A stretch of DNA of 64,000 bases from a virus. Its lineage: Duplodnaviria; Caudoviricetes. The notes below the pieces were generated by a model. The model was not told the DNA's origin. It saw nothing but the letters and a program-made list of their open reading frames with translations, and did no database searches. A program made the translations under genes and the position numbers. Where the stretch lies: positions 2,680 to 66,679 of the IMG/VR virus record IMGVR_UViG_3300044831_000040; one strand, 5' to 3'. Shown here one piece after another: positions 30,398 through 40,945 of this stretch (position 1 is its first letter; every line of letters begins with the position of its first letter).

Positions 30398-31062
30398 TGG
30401 CTGTCCCCAATCGGTTGGTGATGCTGGTGAACGACCTGCCTGCATGGCTGGCACAGCGGGCAGCGATCAGAGCCGTCACCATTGCTCGGTCACTTGCACC
30501 CAAGCTCACTGGAATGTCGTCCAACAACTTCCTGCCCATCTATGGGCTCGGATATTTCGGCATTGGTTGGGCAGAAGATTACGTGTGGTATCAAGCCATG
30601 GGAATCCGAGCGTTCACCATGTATAACGTGGCAGGCAAGACCATCCCCATGTGGGTCGACGACCCTACCGGTAAGATCCAGCGCGACAACCCGAAGGCGG
30701 AGATCCGCACCACAACCTCTGGCCGCCATCAGGTGCTCATCTTCCGGCGGGCGGCCAGACTGGGGCAGCGCAAGACCATCACACGCAATGGGCGGAGGGT
30801 ATCTGTTCCCATGAGTTATCCCGGGGCTCCAGGCCGCATCACACTGAGGGAAGCTCCTTCGCCGGACACAAGGTCAGGCGCTCTAGGGGGACAGATTGCT
30901 CCGGGCAACGTCGGTGTCCGTTGGCGGCATCCAGGGTTGTCCGAAAGCTCCTTCGCCCATCGTGGCTGGGGTGCATCATTCCTTCACCAAGGCATCGAGC
31001 GGGCAGCCGTGGCCCTCGACATCCCCAGCGGGTCCATGCAGACCTACACGCAGGAGGGATGA
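30397..31062 (+). CDS. tail completion/neck-like protein
   Basis: Basic 221 aa protein before the sheath gene. Confidence 0.65.
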   Translation: MAVPNRLVMLVNDLPAWLAQRAAIRAVTIARSLAPKLTGMSSNNFLPIYGLGYFGIGWAEDYVWYQAMGIRAFTMYNVAGKTIPMWVDDPTGKIQRDNPKAEIRTTTSGRHQVLIFRRAARLGQRKTITRNGRRVSVPMSYPGAPGRITLREAPSPDTRSGALGGQIAPGNVGVRWRHPGLSESSFAHRGWGASFLHQGIERAAVALDIPSGSMQTYTQEG

Positions 31063-31066
31063 CGCC

Positions 31067-31681
31067 ATCTTTCTCGTGCCTCTGAAGACCCTCCTGACCG
31101 ATGCCATGAAGGTCACCTTCGACGAAGACTATCCGGCCGCGCAGTTTCAGAACCTGAAGGTCTCGATCGAGTTCCCAATCGACCGCACCGACTACCCCTC
31201 GATCTGGGTCGACTTCGAGATGGCGGGTCAGCTTCAGAACATCGGTGTGGCCTACCAGGAGATGGCAATAGGGTCAACCACCGTAGGCATAATCGGCCGA
31301 TGGCGGTTCCAGGGCTATGCCGTGTTCACCATCCTCGCCCTCACTTCTCTGGAGCGTGACCTCCTCTTCGACGAAGTGCTGAAGGTGATGGCGTTCGGCA
31401 AGGAGGTGGCGGCCACGGCGGAGTTTCGCAACTACATCGAAGCGAACGACCTGATCGCCTGTAACTTCGACTTCGACCAGGTCGCCATGGGGCCTCCGAC
31501 CGCCACGGCCGGAACGCCATGGGGAACAGACGAGATGGTCTACGGGGTTGATGTTCGGATGGAGTGTGTTGGGGAGTTTGTGTCGGATGGCCTTCAGATC
31601 GTCAAGGTCCCGATCTCCAAGGTCGTTGTGATCCCCGAAGAAGCTCCGGCCGGACCCCCTTCCGGCGTCAACTGGCGCTAA
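31067..31681 (+). CDS. tail terminator-like protein (start ATC 31067 or GTG 31076)
   Basis: Acidic protein directly upstream of the sheath gene; the RBS AGGAGG best fits ATC 31067. Confidence 0.6.
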   Translation: MFLVPLKTLLTDAMKVTFDEDYPAAQFQNLKVSIEFPIDRTDYPSIWVDFEMAGQLQNIGVAYQEMAIGSTTVGIIGRWRFQGYAVFTILALTSLERDLLFDEVLKVMAFGKEVAATAEFRNYIEANDLIACNFDFDQVAMGPPTATAGTPWGTDEMVYGVDVRMECVGEFVSDGLQIVKVPISKVVVIPEEAPAGPPSGVNWR

Positions 31682-31748
31682 CCCTGTCGGCTGAGCCCAC
31701 AACCCCGAGAAGGGGTGAGGCCAGACCAACGCGTACAGGGGAGCCCAG

Positions 31749-33212
31749 ATGCCGATTGACTTCAGTCAGTACCAGCCTCCCGGCGTATACATCCAGGAGA
31801 CGCCCAACGCCGGGGTGTCGGTCGTCGGAGTGCAGCCCACCGTCGTCGCCATCATCGGCCCGGCGCTCGGGTATCGCTCCGCGACAGAGACCGTCGTGCT
31901 GCATGGGACGACCCCTCTGTTGCTTCAGCACCTCGGCATCGATCCCACCACGGTCGTCGTCGCCAACGCAGCAGGAACGCCCTACGTGGTCACCACCGAC
32001 TACACCACCACGGTCGGGGGTGGGGCAGACGCCAACACCGCCACCACACCAGACAACACACTCACCGTTCAGAGGGCTGGGAGTGGAGGGATCTCGGACG
32101 GGGCCACGGTCTACGTTTCCTACCGATACGCCGACACCGACTACTACGCTCCGTACCAATCCTCGGACTTCAACGCCATCCAGGCGAAGTACGGCAACCC
32201 CATCGACCCCACCAGTGGTGCCATCGTCTCGCCTCTATCTCTTGCAGCCCAGACCGCGTTCAACAACGGGGCCAACCAGCTTGTCCTGGTGGCGACACCT
32301 ACGGCCACGGTCACGAGAACCCAGCTTGCCAGCGCCTACACACAGCTTGGGGGCATTCCAAACGTCAACGTCATCGTCCCCCTGACGGTCGGCCTTACCG
32401 GTACTGCGATCGCCCCGGGGGACGTGATCAATGTCGCCACCGACCTGGCGATCGCCTTGGATACGCGCTTCGCCAATGGCATGAACACCGTGGGTATCGT
32501 CGGCTATGAGACCACGGTCACCGTGCTGCCGGATGTCATCGCTTCGGGCGTAGCCGACGAACGAGTCGTGGTGGCATGGCCGAACCAGTTGAGCTTCTTC
32601 AACGGATTCACCAACTCCACGATCACCGTGGGGGGCTACTACCTGGCCGCAGCCTACGGGGGGTTGATCACCTCTCTGCCGGTGCAGATGCCTCTCACCA
32701 AGAAGTCTGTACGTGGCTTCGCAGGTATCCCGGCAACCCTTCTCCAGACCATGACCATGGCGCTGAAGAACACCTGGTCGAAGGCTGGGGTTGCTGTCAC
32801 AGAGGCCAATCGACAGGGCAACCTGATCATCCGTCACGGTGTGACGACTGCTGGAGCGGGAGCCGTCGAGAGTGAGCGGGAGCTTTCACTGGTTCGGGCC
32901 AAGGACGCCCTCGTCGACCTGATCAGTCGGACAGCAGACGGTTCTGGACTGATCGGTACACCCATCACCGTTCAGACGGTGCCTCAGGTGAAGGGCCTGA
33001 TGTCTGGCGTTTTGGAGACGGCGGTAAGTTCGAACATCATCTTCAAGTACAGCGGGCTTGCCGTTGCCCAGCAGACAGGTGACCCCACGGTGATCCTGGT
33101 CACCTTCCAATACGTCCCGGCCTACCCGCTCAACTACATCCAGATCCAGTTCTCGATCAACACCGTGACCGGCGAGACGACCACCATCAACCCGGCCGCT
33201 GCGGCGGCATAA
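31749..33212 (+). CDS. tail sheath protein
   Basis: MPIDFSQYQPPGVYIQE; IRHGVTT...RELSLVRAKD; VTFQYVPAYPLNYIQIQFSI. Confidence 0.9.
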   Translation: MPIDFSQYQPPGVYIQETPNAGVSVVGVQPTVVAIIGPALGYRSATETVVLHGTTPLLLQHLGIDPTTVVVANAAGTPYVVTTDYTTTVGGGADANTATTPDNTLTVQRAGSGGISDGATVYVSYRYADTDYYAPYQSSDFNAIQAKYGNPIDPTSGAIVSPLSLAAQTAFNNGANQLVLVATPTATVTRTQLASAYTQLGGIPNVNVIVPLTVGLTGTAIAPGDVINVATDLAIALDTRFANGMNTVGIVGYETTVTVLPDVIASGVADERVVVAWPNQLSFFNGFTNSTITVGGYYLAAAYGGLITSLPVQMPLTKKSVRGFAGIPATLLQTMTMALKNTWSKAGVAVTEANRQGNLIIRHGVTTAGAGAVESERELSLVRAKDALVDLISRTADGSGLIGTPITVQTVPQVKGLMSGVLETAVSSNIIFKYSGLAVAQQTGDPTVILVTFQYVPAYPLNYIQIQFSINTVTGETTTINPAAAAA

Positions 33213-33221
33213 GGAGGAGGC

Positions 33222-33716
33222 ATGCCCCAGACACGTTCGAGGATCGTTGGCTCCGGCTTCACAAGCTTTGCCTACAACGGCCACGCGATCGCCCTCCTCG
33301 ACTCGGTCACCGACTCCGGCCAGGACCCCATCACCCCGGCTGAAGGCATCACGCCCCTCGGAGAGCAGCATGCCATCGAAATCGCTACTTCGAGGGTGCT
33401 TGCCATCGGCACGCTCACCCTCACCATCCGGGAACTTTGGGACATCCCCGTGTGGCAGAGCCTCTTCGGCCTGGAGGGTACCGCCAACCTGGTGGATGTC
33501 TACAACCGCATCGCAGCGTCCCCGATCGGGTTGACGTGTCAGATGACGATCACCCCTCCCGGCTCGAACACATGGCGCGTGAAGGTCTACCAGAATTGTG
33601 TGGTCACCTACATCGACACCCGTGAGAACATCACGGTCGGGGCTCTGACCTTCCCGAAGAACATCACCGTGGCGTACACGCACACGACTCGCCTCAACGT
33701 CGCGGCGGCAGCGTAG
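33222..33716 (+). CDS. tail tube protein
   Basis: 164 aa directly after the sheath gene. Confidence 0.8.
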   Translation: MPQTRSRIVGSGFTSFAYNGHAIALLDSVTDSGQDPITPAEGITPLGEQHAIEIATSRVLAIGTLTLTIRELWDIPVWQSLFGLEGTANLVDVYNRIAASPIGLTCQMTITPPGSNTWRVKVYQNCVVTYIDTRENITVGALTFPKNITVAYTHTTRLNVAAAA

Positions 33717-33722
33717 TCGGAA

Positions 33723-34208
33723 GTGGCGACACCAGAGGCCGAGAGCCAAGGATTCGACCAGCGATTCCGCCAGGACTTCGAGGGCCTGCTCTTCATCGGC
33801 AAGCTCACCGATACGTTCACCTGGTTGGGACATCGTTTCACCATTCGCACCATCCCCAGCGACGATCTGCTGGAGATGGGCCTGCTGCACAAGCCCTATG
33901 TGGGCACCATTGCCGATGTCAAGGCATACCAGATGCTCGTGGTGGCAGCCTGCATCGTTGCAGTGGACGATCAGCCGCCGCCATTCCCCGTCACCAACGA
34001 GACCACTGATACGCTGTTGCTCAACCGTTTCAACTTCGTGCGGAGGTCATGGTTCCCTCCCACGGTCGATGTGATCTACGAGCGGTATCTGCTTCTGGAG
34101 AAACGTGTCGAGGATGTGATTGAAGAGATGGGAAAAGTATTCGGGTCGACGGACTCGACCCCTACCTCGACCGCAGAATCCGCAATGCCGAACGTCGAGG
34201 TCTCCTGA
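33723..34208 (+). CDS. tail assembly chaperone (short form)
   Basis: Between tube and tape measure genes; slippery GGGAAAA at 34130-34136. Confidence 0.75.
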   Translation: MATPEAESQGFDQRFRQDFEGLLFIGKLTDTFTWLGHRFTIRTIPSDDLLEMGLLHKPYVGTIADVKAYQMLVVAACIVAVDDQPPPFPVTNETTDTLLLNRFNFVRRSWFPPTVDVIYERYLLLEKRVEDVIEEMGKVFGSTDSTPTSTAESAMPNVEVS

Positions 34209-34567
34209 CCGGCCGCCATCTCTCCGTGGTTCAGGACTGGGCTCTTGACCTGATGATGGCCCTGGAGGGCAAGGAGCGTCGTGAGAGGCAAATCGACGAT
34301 GTCAAGAGGGCCTTGCTCACCAGTCGCCCGGAGATGGCGAAGGATCTCTTCCCGGAGTGGTTTGTGGATGACGGCGAAGGGCCTGAGGAACGCAGCCGGA
34401 CTGGAGCGGAGCGTGTCGACAACCTCGACCTCTCTGACACTACCGGCGAAATGTTCTTCGAGGGCAAGGTCTCCCAGGAGCAGGCCGAGAAGGTCTTGCA
34501 GCAGATGCTGGCCCATCCCGAAGGTGTGCTGACAGGAGTGGAGTTCGACGGTGCCCCCAGTATCTGA
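34130..34567 (+). CDS. tail assembly chaperone, -1 frameshift extension
   Basis: The -1 frame from GGGAAAA is open (GKSIRVDGLDPYLDRRIRNAERRGLLTGRHLSVVQDW...) into ORF 34226..34567. Confidence 0.75.
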   Translation, partial: GKSIRVDGLDPYLDRRIRNAERRGLLTGRHLSVVQDWALDLMMALEGKERRERQIDDVKRALLTSRPEMAKDLFPEWFVDDGEGPEERSRTGAERVDNLDLSDTTGEMFFEGKVSQEQAEKVLQQMLAHPEGVLTGVEFDGAPSI

Positions 34568-36929
34568 GATGACCCCTGGTATGGCCGCCTCCATCCTCGG
34601 AGGGCAGTCACAGCAGGATGTCCAGTCTGCCCAGCCCAATGCCTCGATGATGATGGGGTCGATCCAGATGGAACTCGTGTACTCGCTACGCGGGCTTATG
34701 GACAACGAAGACGCCATGGTGCAGGAGTTGAGGCAGGTTACTAGAGAACTCCGGATCCTGAACTCCCGAACGGGGACCATGGGCCAGGTACGTAATGCCG
34801 TGATCGGCAGAGAGGTTTGGAGCACCCAGCACGGTACGGCCCAAGGAGTCCCGGCTGGGGGGTTGCCTGGTACCTTTGTCGCCGCCGGACACGAGGTGGA
34901 GCGTGGCCTGGCGTCAGATTTTGAGCAGGCGATCAGGGAGGCGATGGCCTCTGTCCTTGCCGAGATCAAAGGCAAACGCGCCCCTGGCGCACCTTCCGCG
35001 AAGGGCAAGGTCACAGAACCCGCTAAGGCCCATCCTGGGGCTCCAGGGACACCTCCAGGCGTTGAGCCTACTGAACCACCCGGCACACCAAGGAATGCTC
35101 CTGGTGCCCCTGACGTGCCTCCGGTACATCCAAGCCATCAGCCGCATCCCCACTTTGCTCACGCCGACCTCCTGGAGAGCCTACGTAGCAGCGCCGGGGT
35201 GAAGCAGCACCTCATCGGGCGTCTTGCTTCTTCGGCCCGGGTGCAGAAGTGGAAGCCGACTTCTGCCGTGGGGAGGGCTGTCAAGGGTGGGATGCAGTAT
35301 GCGGCGTCTGAAGAGGGCGGAAGCATGCTTGGGGCAGCAGCGGAGGGACTCGGAGAGCTTGGTCTGACGGCCCCCCTGGCGGTAATCACTGGTGGGATCA
35401 CGGCCGGTGCCATGGCGGTACACCAGGTCCAGGAGCAGCGGGCCGCCAACGCCAAGTGGCAGGAGATCATGGGGGGATCCAACATCGCCGGGGCCGGGCA
35501 GCGAGCGCGATCTCGCATGTTCCAGTTTTCGCAGATGGGAGTCATGGGCGGAAGAGAGGCACAGGAGCTTTTCTTCGGGGTGTCGCAGATCGGGCTCGGG
35601 CAGTCACAACGTCAGGGTGCTCTCGACCTGGCAACCCAGGCTTACAAGAACCTCGGTATGACGATCGCTGACTCGATCGAGTTGATCAACACCGAGGCAC
35701 AACACGGCCAGGAGGGATTGGCTGGGGTAGCGACGGCGCTTCAATCTGTGACCAACGCCGCGAAGGCCGCCGGAGCAAACGCCAAGGAAGCTCGGGCTCT
35801 GTTCACTACAGGTGTCACCACGACATCGAACGTGGTGGGCGGGGCTGCGGCCGTGCCAATTGCCCAGGCGCTCACCACCTCACTCACCTCCTCCGGTCTT
35901 CAGCGCATGTTCGGCCAGACCGGGCTGACAGGTCTCGTGAACGAGCAGAACATCGCCCTGGGAGCTTCGCAGCAGGGGATGACCTATGCCCATGCACTCA
36001 ATCTGCTCAACAATCCGAATGTTCCCAACGCCCAGAAGCTCCAGTTGATCCAAGGCCCGGCATGGACATGGCTTAGCCAACGCATTCCTGCCGACGTGCA
36101 GAGGTACATCAAAGACAACACCCACCCGGGCATGTCTCCAGGAGAGATCGCAGCCTTGGGCCGTCAGGTATTGGACAAGGCCGGAATCGACCCCCGTATT
36201 GGCGAGCGAATGGCTCAGCAGTTCGGTACTCCCACCCAGTCACCAGATCAGTTGGGATCGTTCATCGTCGCAGCGGCCGGAGGGCTCATTGATCCGGAGA
36301 GGGATGCTGCCGCCCTCGAAGCCAAGGGGAAGCCTTTCCAGCCTGTGCCTGGGGGCAAGGTTGCCAGAGAACTGAAAGCGATGAAGGGTACTGTAACCGC
36401 AGCCTCAGATGTCACGCCGAAGGTGTCCTACCTCCAGGCTGTATCGCGTACCGGCTATGAGTCCCCGATCGCGCAGGGCTTGCTTGATACCGGCGTCACC
36501 AACAGAAAATTTAAGGTGAAGTCTGCGGAGGGGGACAAGATCGTTGACTTCAAGACGGCCATGTCAACCTACTACGATCAGATTGCCTCGGGCGAGGCAA
36601 TCGACATGACCACTGGGCAGAATGTGGCAAGCTCCGTGGGCATGTCTCCTGTAGCAACCCAGAACATGCCCTTGGGTCTTCAGGACTCGGCCAGTTTGAA
36701 GAACGTCGGCAAGGGCGAGACGCTTGCCCATTACACCGCCCGGACCCAGAAGGCTGCCGACAAGGCTGCGGGACAGGCGCACGTCACGGTCACACTCGAT
36801 GCCACCGACTGGCTGAAGCAGCGGTTCAGGTTCCTCGACACTTCGACAGCCCCGACTGATCCCAACGCTGCACTACTGCCGCCGCCGATCCAGGTCACGT
36901 CCAGCGCGCTGAACTCCGGCAACCCGTAG
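34551..36929 (+). CDS. tape measure protein (start 34551 or 34569)
   Basis: Ala/Gly-rich helical ~790 aa protein after the chaperones. Confidence 0.75.
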   Translation: MPPVSEMTPGMAASILGGQSQQDVQSAQPNASMMMGSIQMELVYSLRGLMDNEDAMVQELRQVTRELRILNSRTGTMGQVRNAVIGREVWSTQHGTAQGVPAGGLPGTFVAAGHEVERGLASDFEQAIREAMASVLAEIKGKRAPGAPSAKGKVTEPAKAHPGAPGTPPGVEPTEPPGTPRNAPGAPDVPPVHPSHQPHPHFAHADLLESLRSSAGVKQHLIGRLASSARVQKWKPTSAVGRAVKGGMQYAASEEGGSMLGAAAEGLGELGLTAPLAVITGGITAGAMAVHQVQEQRAANAKWQEIMGGSNIAGAGQRARSRMFQFSQMGVMGGREAQELFFGVSQIGLGQSQRQGALDLATQAYKNLGMTIADSIELINTEAQHGQEGLAGVATALQSVTNAAKAAGANAKEARALFTTGVTTTSNVVGGAAAVPIAQALTTSLTSSGLQRMFGQTGLTGLVNEQNIALGASQQGMTYAHALNLLNNPNVPNAQKLQLIQGPAWTWLSQRIPADVQRYIKDNTHPGMSPGEIAALGRQVLDKAGIDPRIGERMAQQFGTPTQSPDQLGSFIVAAAGGLIDPERDAAALEAKGKPFQPVPGGKVARELKAMKGTVTAASDVTPKVSYLQAVSRTGYESPIAQGLLDTGVTNRKFKVKSAEGDKIVDFKTAMSTYYDQIASGEAIDMTTGQNVASSVGMSPVATQNMPLGLQDSASLKNVGKGETLAHYTARTQKAADKAAGQAHVTVTLDATDWLKQRFRFLDTSTAPTDPNAALLPPPIQVTSSALNSGNP

Positions 36930-36940
36930 GGAGATGAGCC

Positions 36941-37606
36941 ATGGGCGTAGCGTCTCTCAACGGAAGGCTCTTCCGACTGGATCCGGTATCGGTGCAATGG
37001 ACCTACAAGATCAAGACGGCCGTCTACGAGACCATTGGGGGACGTGTGGTGCAGATCATCGGCGTCATGTTCGGAGACATGACACTGACGGGCTCCTTCG
37101 GTGTCGGGGGGTGGCAGGAGCAACAGGTGTTCCTGACCGACATGCGCGCCATGGCCGACTCGCAGGTGGCGTCAAGCTTCACCGTGGTCAATCCGCATCT
37201 CACCGCCCCGCCGGTACGATTCCTGTACCCTCCGAAGAACTGGGACTTCCTGGTCTACTTGAAGGACTACTCACAACCTGGTGGCGAGGGAGGGTCGGTG
37301 ACCGTGGCGAACGAGATCATCAATCCCCAATGGATGCTGACGCTGGCTATCGTCGAGGCCAACTCTTCGATCAACGCCCTCGGTGCGGCGGCTGTCAACG
37401 ACTATGTCTCCCGGCTCTCCCAAGGTCTGGGGTGGGCGTCTACAGCAGAGCTTCGCAGCTACCAGGGCACCATCTCCCAACAGGAGGCCGACACCTTGTT
37501 GCAGCATCAGCAGATCGATCCCAATGATCCGTTGGCTGCCGCCAAATATCTGTCAACCTTTACGTTGGGTCCGGCCGGTAATGCTGTGGGGGTCTCCTCG
37601 CCATGA
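36941..37606 (+). CDS. baseplate/tail tube initiator-like protein
   Basis: Post-tape-measure position. Confidence 0.6.
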   Translation: MGVASLNGRLFRLDPVSVQWTYKIKTAVYETIGGRVVQIIGVMFGDMTLTGSFGVGGWQEQQVFLTDMRAMADSQVASSFTVVNPHLTAPPVRFLYPPKNWDFLVYLKDYSQPGGEGGSVTVANEIINPQWMLTLAIVEANSSINALGAAAVNDYVSRLSQGLGWASTAELRSYQGTISQQEADTLLQHQQIDPNDPLAAAKYLSTFTLGPAGNAVGVSSP

Positions 37607-37818
37607 GTGCCGAAACAGTCTGGGCTTCGGACGTGGCGATCTCGCAACCAAGCGGGCCTCCGGAGGGCCGCCCCATACTGGTGGACTTCGGAGGGTTTGG
37701 GTTCACCACGGGGGGCATCGCTCACAACATCACCGACGCTGAACGAGAAGCTCTCTTCACACCGTTCTTCACGCCTCAGGGTCTACCACCGCCGTCTCCA
37801 CTCCGAGGTGGATCGTGA
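37603..37818 (+). CDS. small baseplate-region protein
   Basis: ATGA/GTGA overlaps at both ends. Confidence 0.55.
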   Translation: MSAETVWASDVAISQPSGPPEGRPILVDFGGFGFTTGGIAHNITDAEREALFTPFFTPQGLPPPSPLRGGS

Positions 37819-38435
37819 GCGGGGAGAACGCGCTCCTGGCCTCGGCCAACTATGGGGCCTTCGTTTGCCGTGTGACCGGCATCTCACATGGCATGAAGAT
37901 CACAGGCGAACAGCAGGATGCCCGAGCTTCACAGACCTTCCTCACCTCACGGGTGGTGGAGGACAACTTCATCCTGTCGATTGCTTTCGCAGGTTTCCAG
38001 GGATACCAAGCCTTCGGGGAGTGGATGAAGGGTTACATCGAAGCTCAGTCAGGAGTCGACTCCACTGCCAAGCCAATGCGCGTCATCGTTCCGGCGAGAG
38101 GGTTCGACAAGATCGGCATCCCTACGTCGCCTATCCCCTTCGGTGACGACATAGCCGTGGTGGTTCACAAGGTCAAGGTCACCTTCGTCGCCACCATCGA
38201 TCCGAACCCGACCAACTTCTCCAGGTATTTCCCGGCGCTCAACGACACGATCTTCGCTCCATACTTCTATCCTGCCGGGACTCAGCTTTCAGCTAACTCG
38301 CCACCCGGTGTCGACTTCTTCTATGACAACCCTGGCTACTTCACTCCACCGGCTGGCCCGGCTGACTTCGCCGTCTACCCGACAGGCTCCCCTGATGCTG
38401 CAATCCTCCAGGGCGGAAGAAACAAGGCTCAGTAA
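37815..38435 (+). CDS. baseplate-region protein
   Basis: 206 aa, translationally coupled. Confidence 0.6.
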   Translation: MSGENALLASANYGAFVCRVTGISHGMKITGEQQDARASQTFLTSRVVEDNFILSIAFAGFQGYQAFGEWMKGYIEAQSGVDSTAKPMRVIVPARGFDKIGIPTSPIPFGDDIAVVVHKVKVTFVATIDPNPTNFSRYFPALNDTIFAPYFYPAGTQLSANSPPGVDFFYDNPGYFTPPAGPADFAVYPTGSPDAAILQGGRNKAQ

Positions 38436-40945
38436 TGCCGACGTTCATCTACAGCCCGGCGGCAAGGATCATCATCGCGACCGCCAACGAAGGCATCATC
38501 GACGTGTCGGCCGATCTGGCGAACGGCAAGGTCGACCTGAACGAAGATTCACCCTCTCAGGCTTCGTTCACCCTCATCAACCACCGCAGGAAGTACGATG
38601 GCGTCTTCACCCCGAACGATGCGATCACCATCCAACTGAAGCGTATCGCCTGGATGCTGGTCTTCTCGGGGTACCTCAACGACATCCCGTACTACTCCCC
38701 CTACCCGCGCCAGATCCCCCTCACGGCGACCTGCACACTGAAGCGTCTTCAGATGCGGGAGTGGGATGTGGGTTCGCAAGCGGCTGTCGACCTGCTCAAC
38801 ACGACGATCGGTACCAACGCTTTGTCTTCGACCGATGGTGGCATGAAAGCGGTCTTGCTCGCGCTGCTCACCAAGGTGGCGGCATGGGACAACGACAAGA
38901 TCCACATCGGCGGCATCCCTCCAGACTGGTACTCCAGGGTTGCCAAGCTCGGGGATCAACTTGCGCAGGACTTCCCAAACTGGTTCGGCACCCTCGGCGG
39001 CACTCCCTCGATCGCAGGCGTCTCACCTTTGACCACGGGCACGATGACAACACCTTCTGGTGGGGGCGGATCTTTGCCGGGGACAGGGGCATTGCCTGCA
39101 ACCTCGGGCACCATCTCTTCGTTCGCAGGTGTGGGTACGACCGACGCCACCGGCCACATGGCCCTCACCGGGGAACCTGGCACCAACCCGACCGATGTCT
39201 GGTACATCGCCATGCGTTGGCCTTATGTCACGGTGAACCCGGCAACAGGTGATGCAGCCCGCTACCTCACCCCAGCGCAGGAGAACGCTGCACTCAACTG
39301 GTGGCGCAATCGCAAGATCCTGGTCTACAACCCCAAGAACAACCGGGCCTACGTCGGGAGGGCTGCCGACTGGGGACCCAACGCAAATCTTCCGACACAT
39401 CGCGTGATCGATGTGTCTCCCTACGCGCTCAGCCAGGTGCTTGGGGCCAAGACCGATGACGTGGTGGAGATTCGCTTCGCTCCAGACAACGCCGTGCTCG
39501 GGCCGTACCAGGGCCTGCTGCCAGGCCAGCCAGGCTCTCCTTTTGCCGGACCTCCAGCGCCGGGTACCGTTGCCTCGACATCCTCCAGCATCACTAACGC
39601 CACGGTGAGCTTCTCTATCCCTAACCTTGGCTCCAAGCTCCCGGACTTCTCCTGGGCCGGGCTGAGCAACGGCAACATCCCCACCTCTCTCCTCACCCCG
39701 GTACTCGACCCGGCAGGCAAGCAGTGGTTCCTGCATCCGGCGGCTGCCCAAGGCTACAACGCCCTTAGGGATGCAGCCGCCGCAGATCCCGGCGGTTTCA
39801 AGGTCAACCTCTCCTACACCTACCGATCGCTGGCGGAGCAACAGCAGGTCTTCGCCAACTCCAGGCCAGGCTTTGCAGCGTCCCCCGGGACGAGCAACCA
39901 TGGCTGGGGCTTTGCGATCGACATCGGCGTCCTGTCATCGTTCAACAGCCCTGGTTACGCTTGGATGAAAGCCAATGCCTCGAAGTATGGCTGGATCCAT
40001 CCTCCCTTTGCCGAACCGGGTGGCGTTGCGCCCGAGCCCTGGCACTGGGAGTTCTGGGCCGGAGTAGGAGCAGACGGCAAAGTTCCGGCTACGACGGCGC
40101 AAGGGGCTGTGGCGGCGGCATCCACAGCGACACCCGGTTCCCCGGCAGCTATCCCGGCTGGACTCTCCGGGGCGCTGATCGCCGCTTCGAACTGGATCCT
40201 CGCCCCTGGGCCTGGGCAGATCCTCTCGGGGCCACGGGCGATGATGAACGACACTCCTCTGCTCACCTACATCGCCACGGTGGCGGGAACTTCCATGCGC
40301 TCGTTCATGAGCGCACCCAACGGTGACTTCATCTCCTGGTTCCCTGATTACTTCGGTGCCTATGGCACTGCGGCCTACATGGAGATCCAGGACATCGAGG
40401 TCATGGGAGACGGCTTCACCGTCATGTGGAGCGATCAGCACCTCGTCACCCATCAGTTCACCGCAGGCTCGTCGATGGGGGTTGGTACTGTGCCTGAGTT
40501 GATCCAGCAGTACGCAACCACAGGCATCGCAACCGTGGAGTTCCCCCAGATTCTCGAAGCCCTCTTCAATCTATCGTCGGATGACCCCAGGGCAAAGGGA
40601 TGGATGGACCCAGCTTCGATCCAGCAACGTTTCGGCCAGCGCATGGACTACCAGCCCATGGGCGCGATCACCGGGCACTTCGCTGAGTTCTGGTACGCGA
40701 TCCGTCTCTTCCAAAAGTCATGGGCTTCTCAGTTCTCCACGGTCATCCCCATAACCTTCATGCCCGAGCTTTACCCTGGGATGCTACTCAAGTTGCCGTC
40801 GCACAAATTCCAGGCATACATCACGGCGGTCTCGCACTCCTTTGATTTCTCTGATGGAGGGGGGTTCACCACTCAGGCCACCCTGATCGCTCCGGCAGCG
40901 ACGGACAAGAGTGCCCTCTTCGGCTTCCCCCGTGGAGGTCTGTGA
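38435..40945 (+). CDS. baseplate hub with RlpA-like and D,D-carboxypeptidase (M15/VanY) domains
   Basis: YRSLAEQ...PGTSNHGWGFAIDI...EPWHWEF (M15); VGRAADWGP...RVIDVS (double-psi β-barrel-like). Confidence 0.8.
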   Translation: MPTFIYSPAARIIIATANEGIIDVSADLANGKVDLNEDSPSQASFTLINHRRKYDGVFTPNDAITIQLKRIAWMLVFSGYLNDIPYYSPYPRQIPLTATCTLKRLQMREWDVGSQAAVDLLNTTIGTNALSSTDGGMKAVLLALLTKVAAWDNDKIHIGGIPPDWYSRVAKLGDQLAQDFPNWFGTLGGTPSIAGVSPLTTGTMTTPSGGGGSLPGTGALPATSGTISSFAGVGTTDATGHMALTGEPGTNPTDVWYIAMRWPYVTVNPATGDAARYLTPAQENAALNWWRNRKILVYNPKNNRAYVGRAADWGPNANLPTHRVIDVSPYALSQVLGAKTDDVVEIRFAPDNAVLGPYQGLLPGQPGSPFAGPPAPGTVASTSSSITNATVSFSIPNLGSKLPDFSWAGLSNGNIPTSLLTPVLDPAGKQWFLHPAAAQGYNALRDAAAADPGGFKVNLSYTYRSLAEQQQVFANSRPGFAASPGTSNHGWGFAIDIGVLSSFNSPGYAWMKANASKYGWIHPPFAEPGGVAPEPWHWEFWAGVGADGKVPATTAQGAVAAASTATPGSPAAIPAGLSGALIAASNWILAPGPGQILSGPRAMMNDTPLLTYIATVAGTSMRSFMSAPNGDFISWFPDYFGAYGTAAYMEIQDIEVMGDGFTVMWSDQHLVTHQFTAGSSMGVGTVPELIQQYATTGIATVEFPQILEALFNLSSDDPRAKGWMDPASIQQRFGQRMDYQPMGAITGHFAEFWYAIRLFQKSWASQFSTVIPITFMPELYPGMLLKLPSHKFQAYITAVSHSFDFSDGGGFTTQATLIAPAATDKSALFGFPRGGL

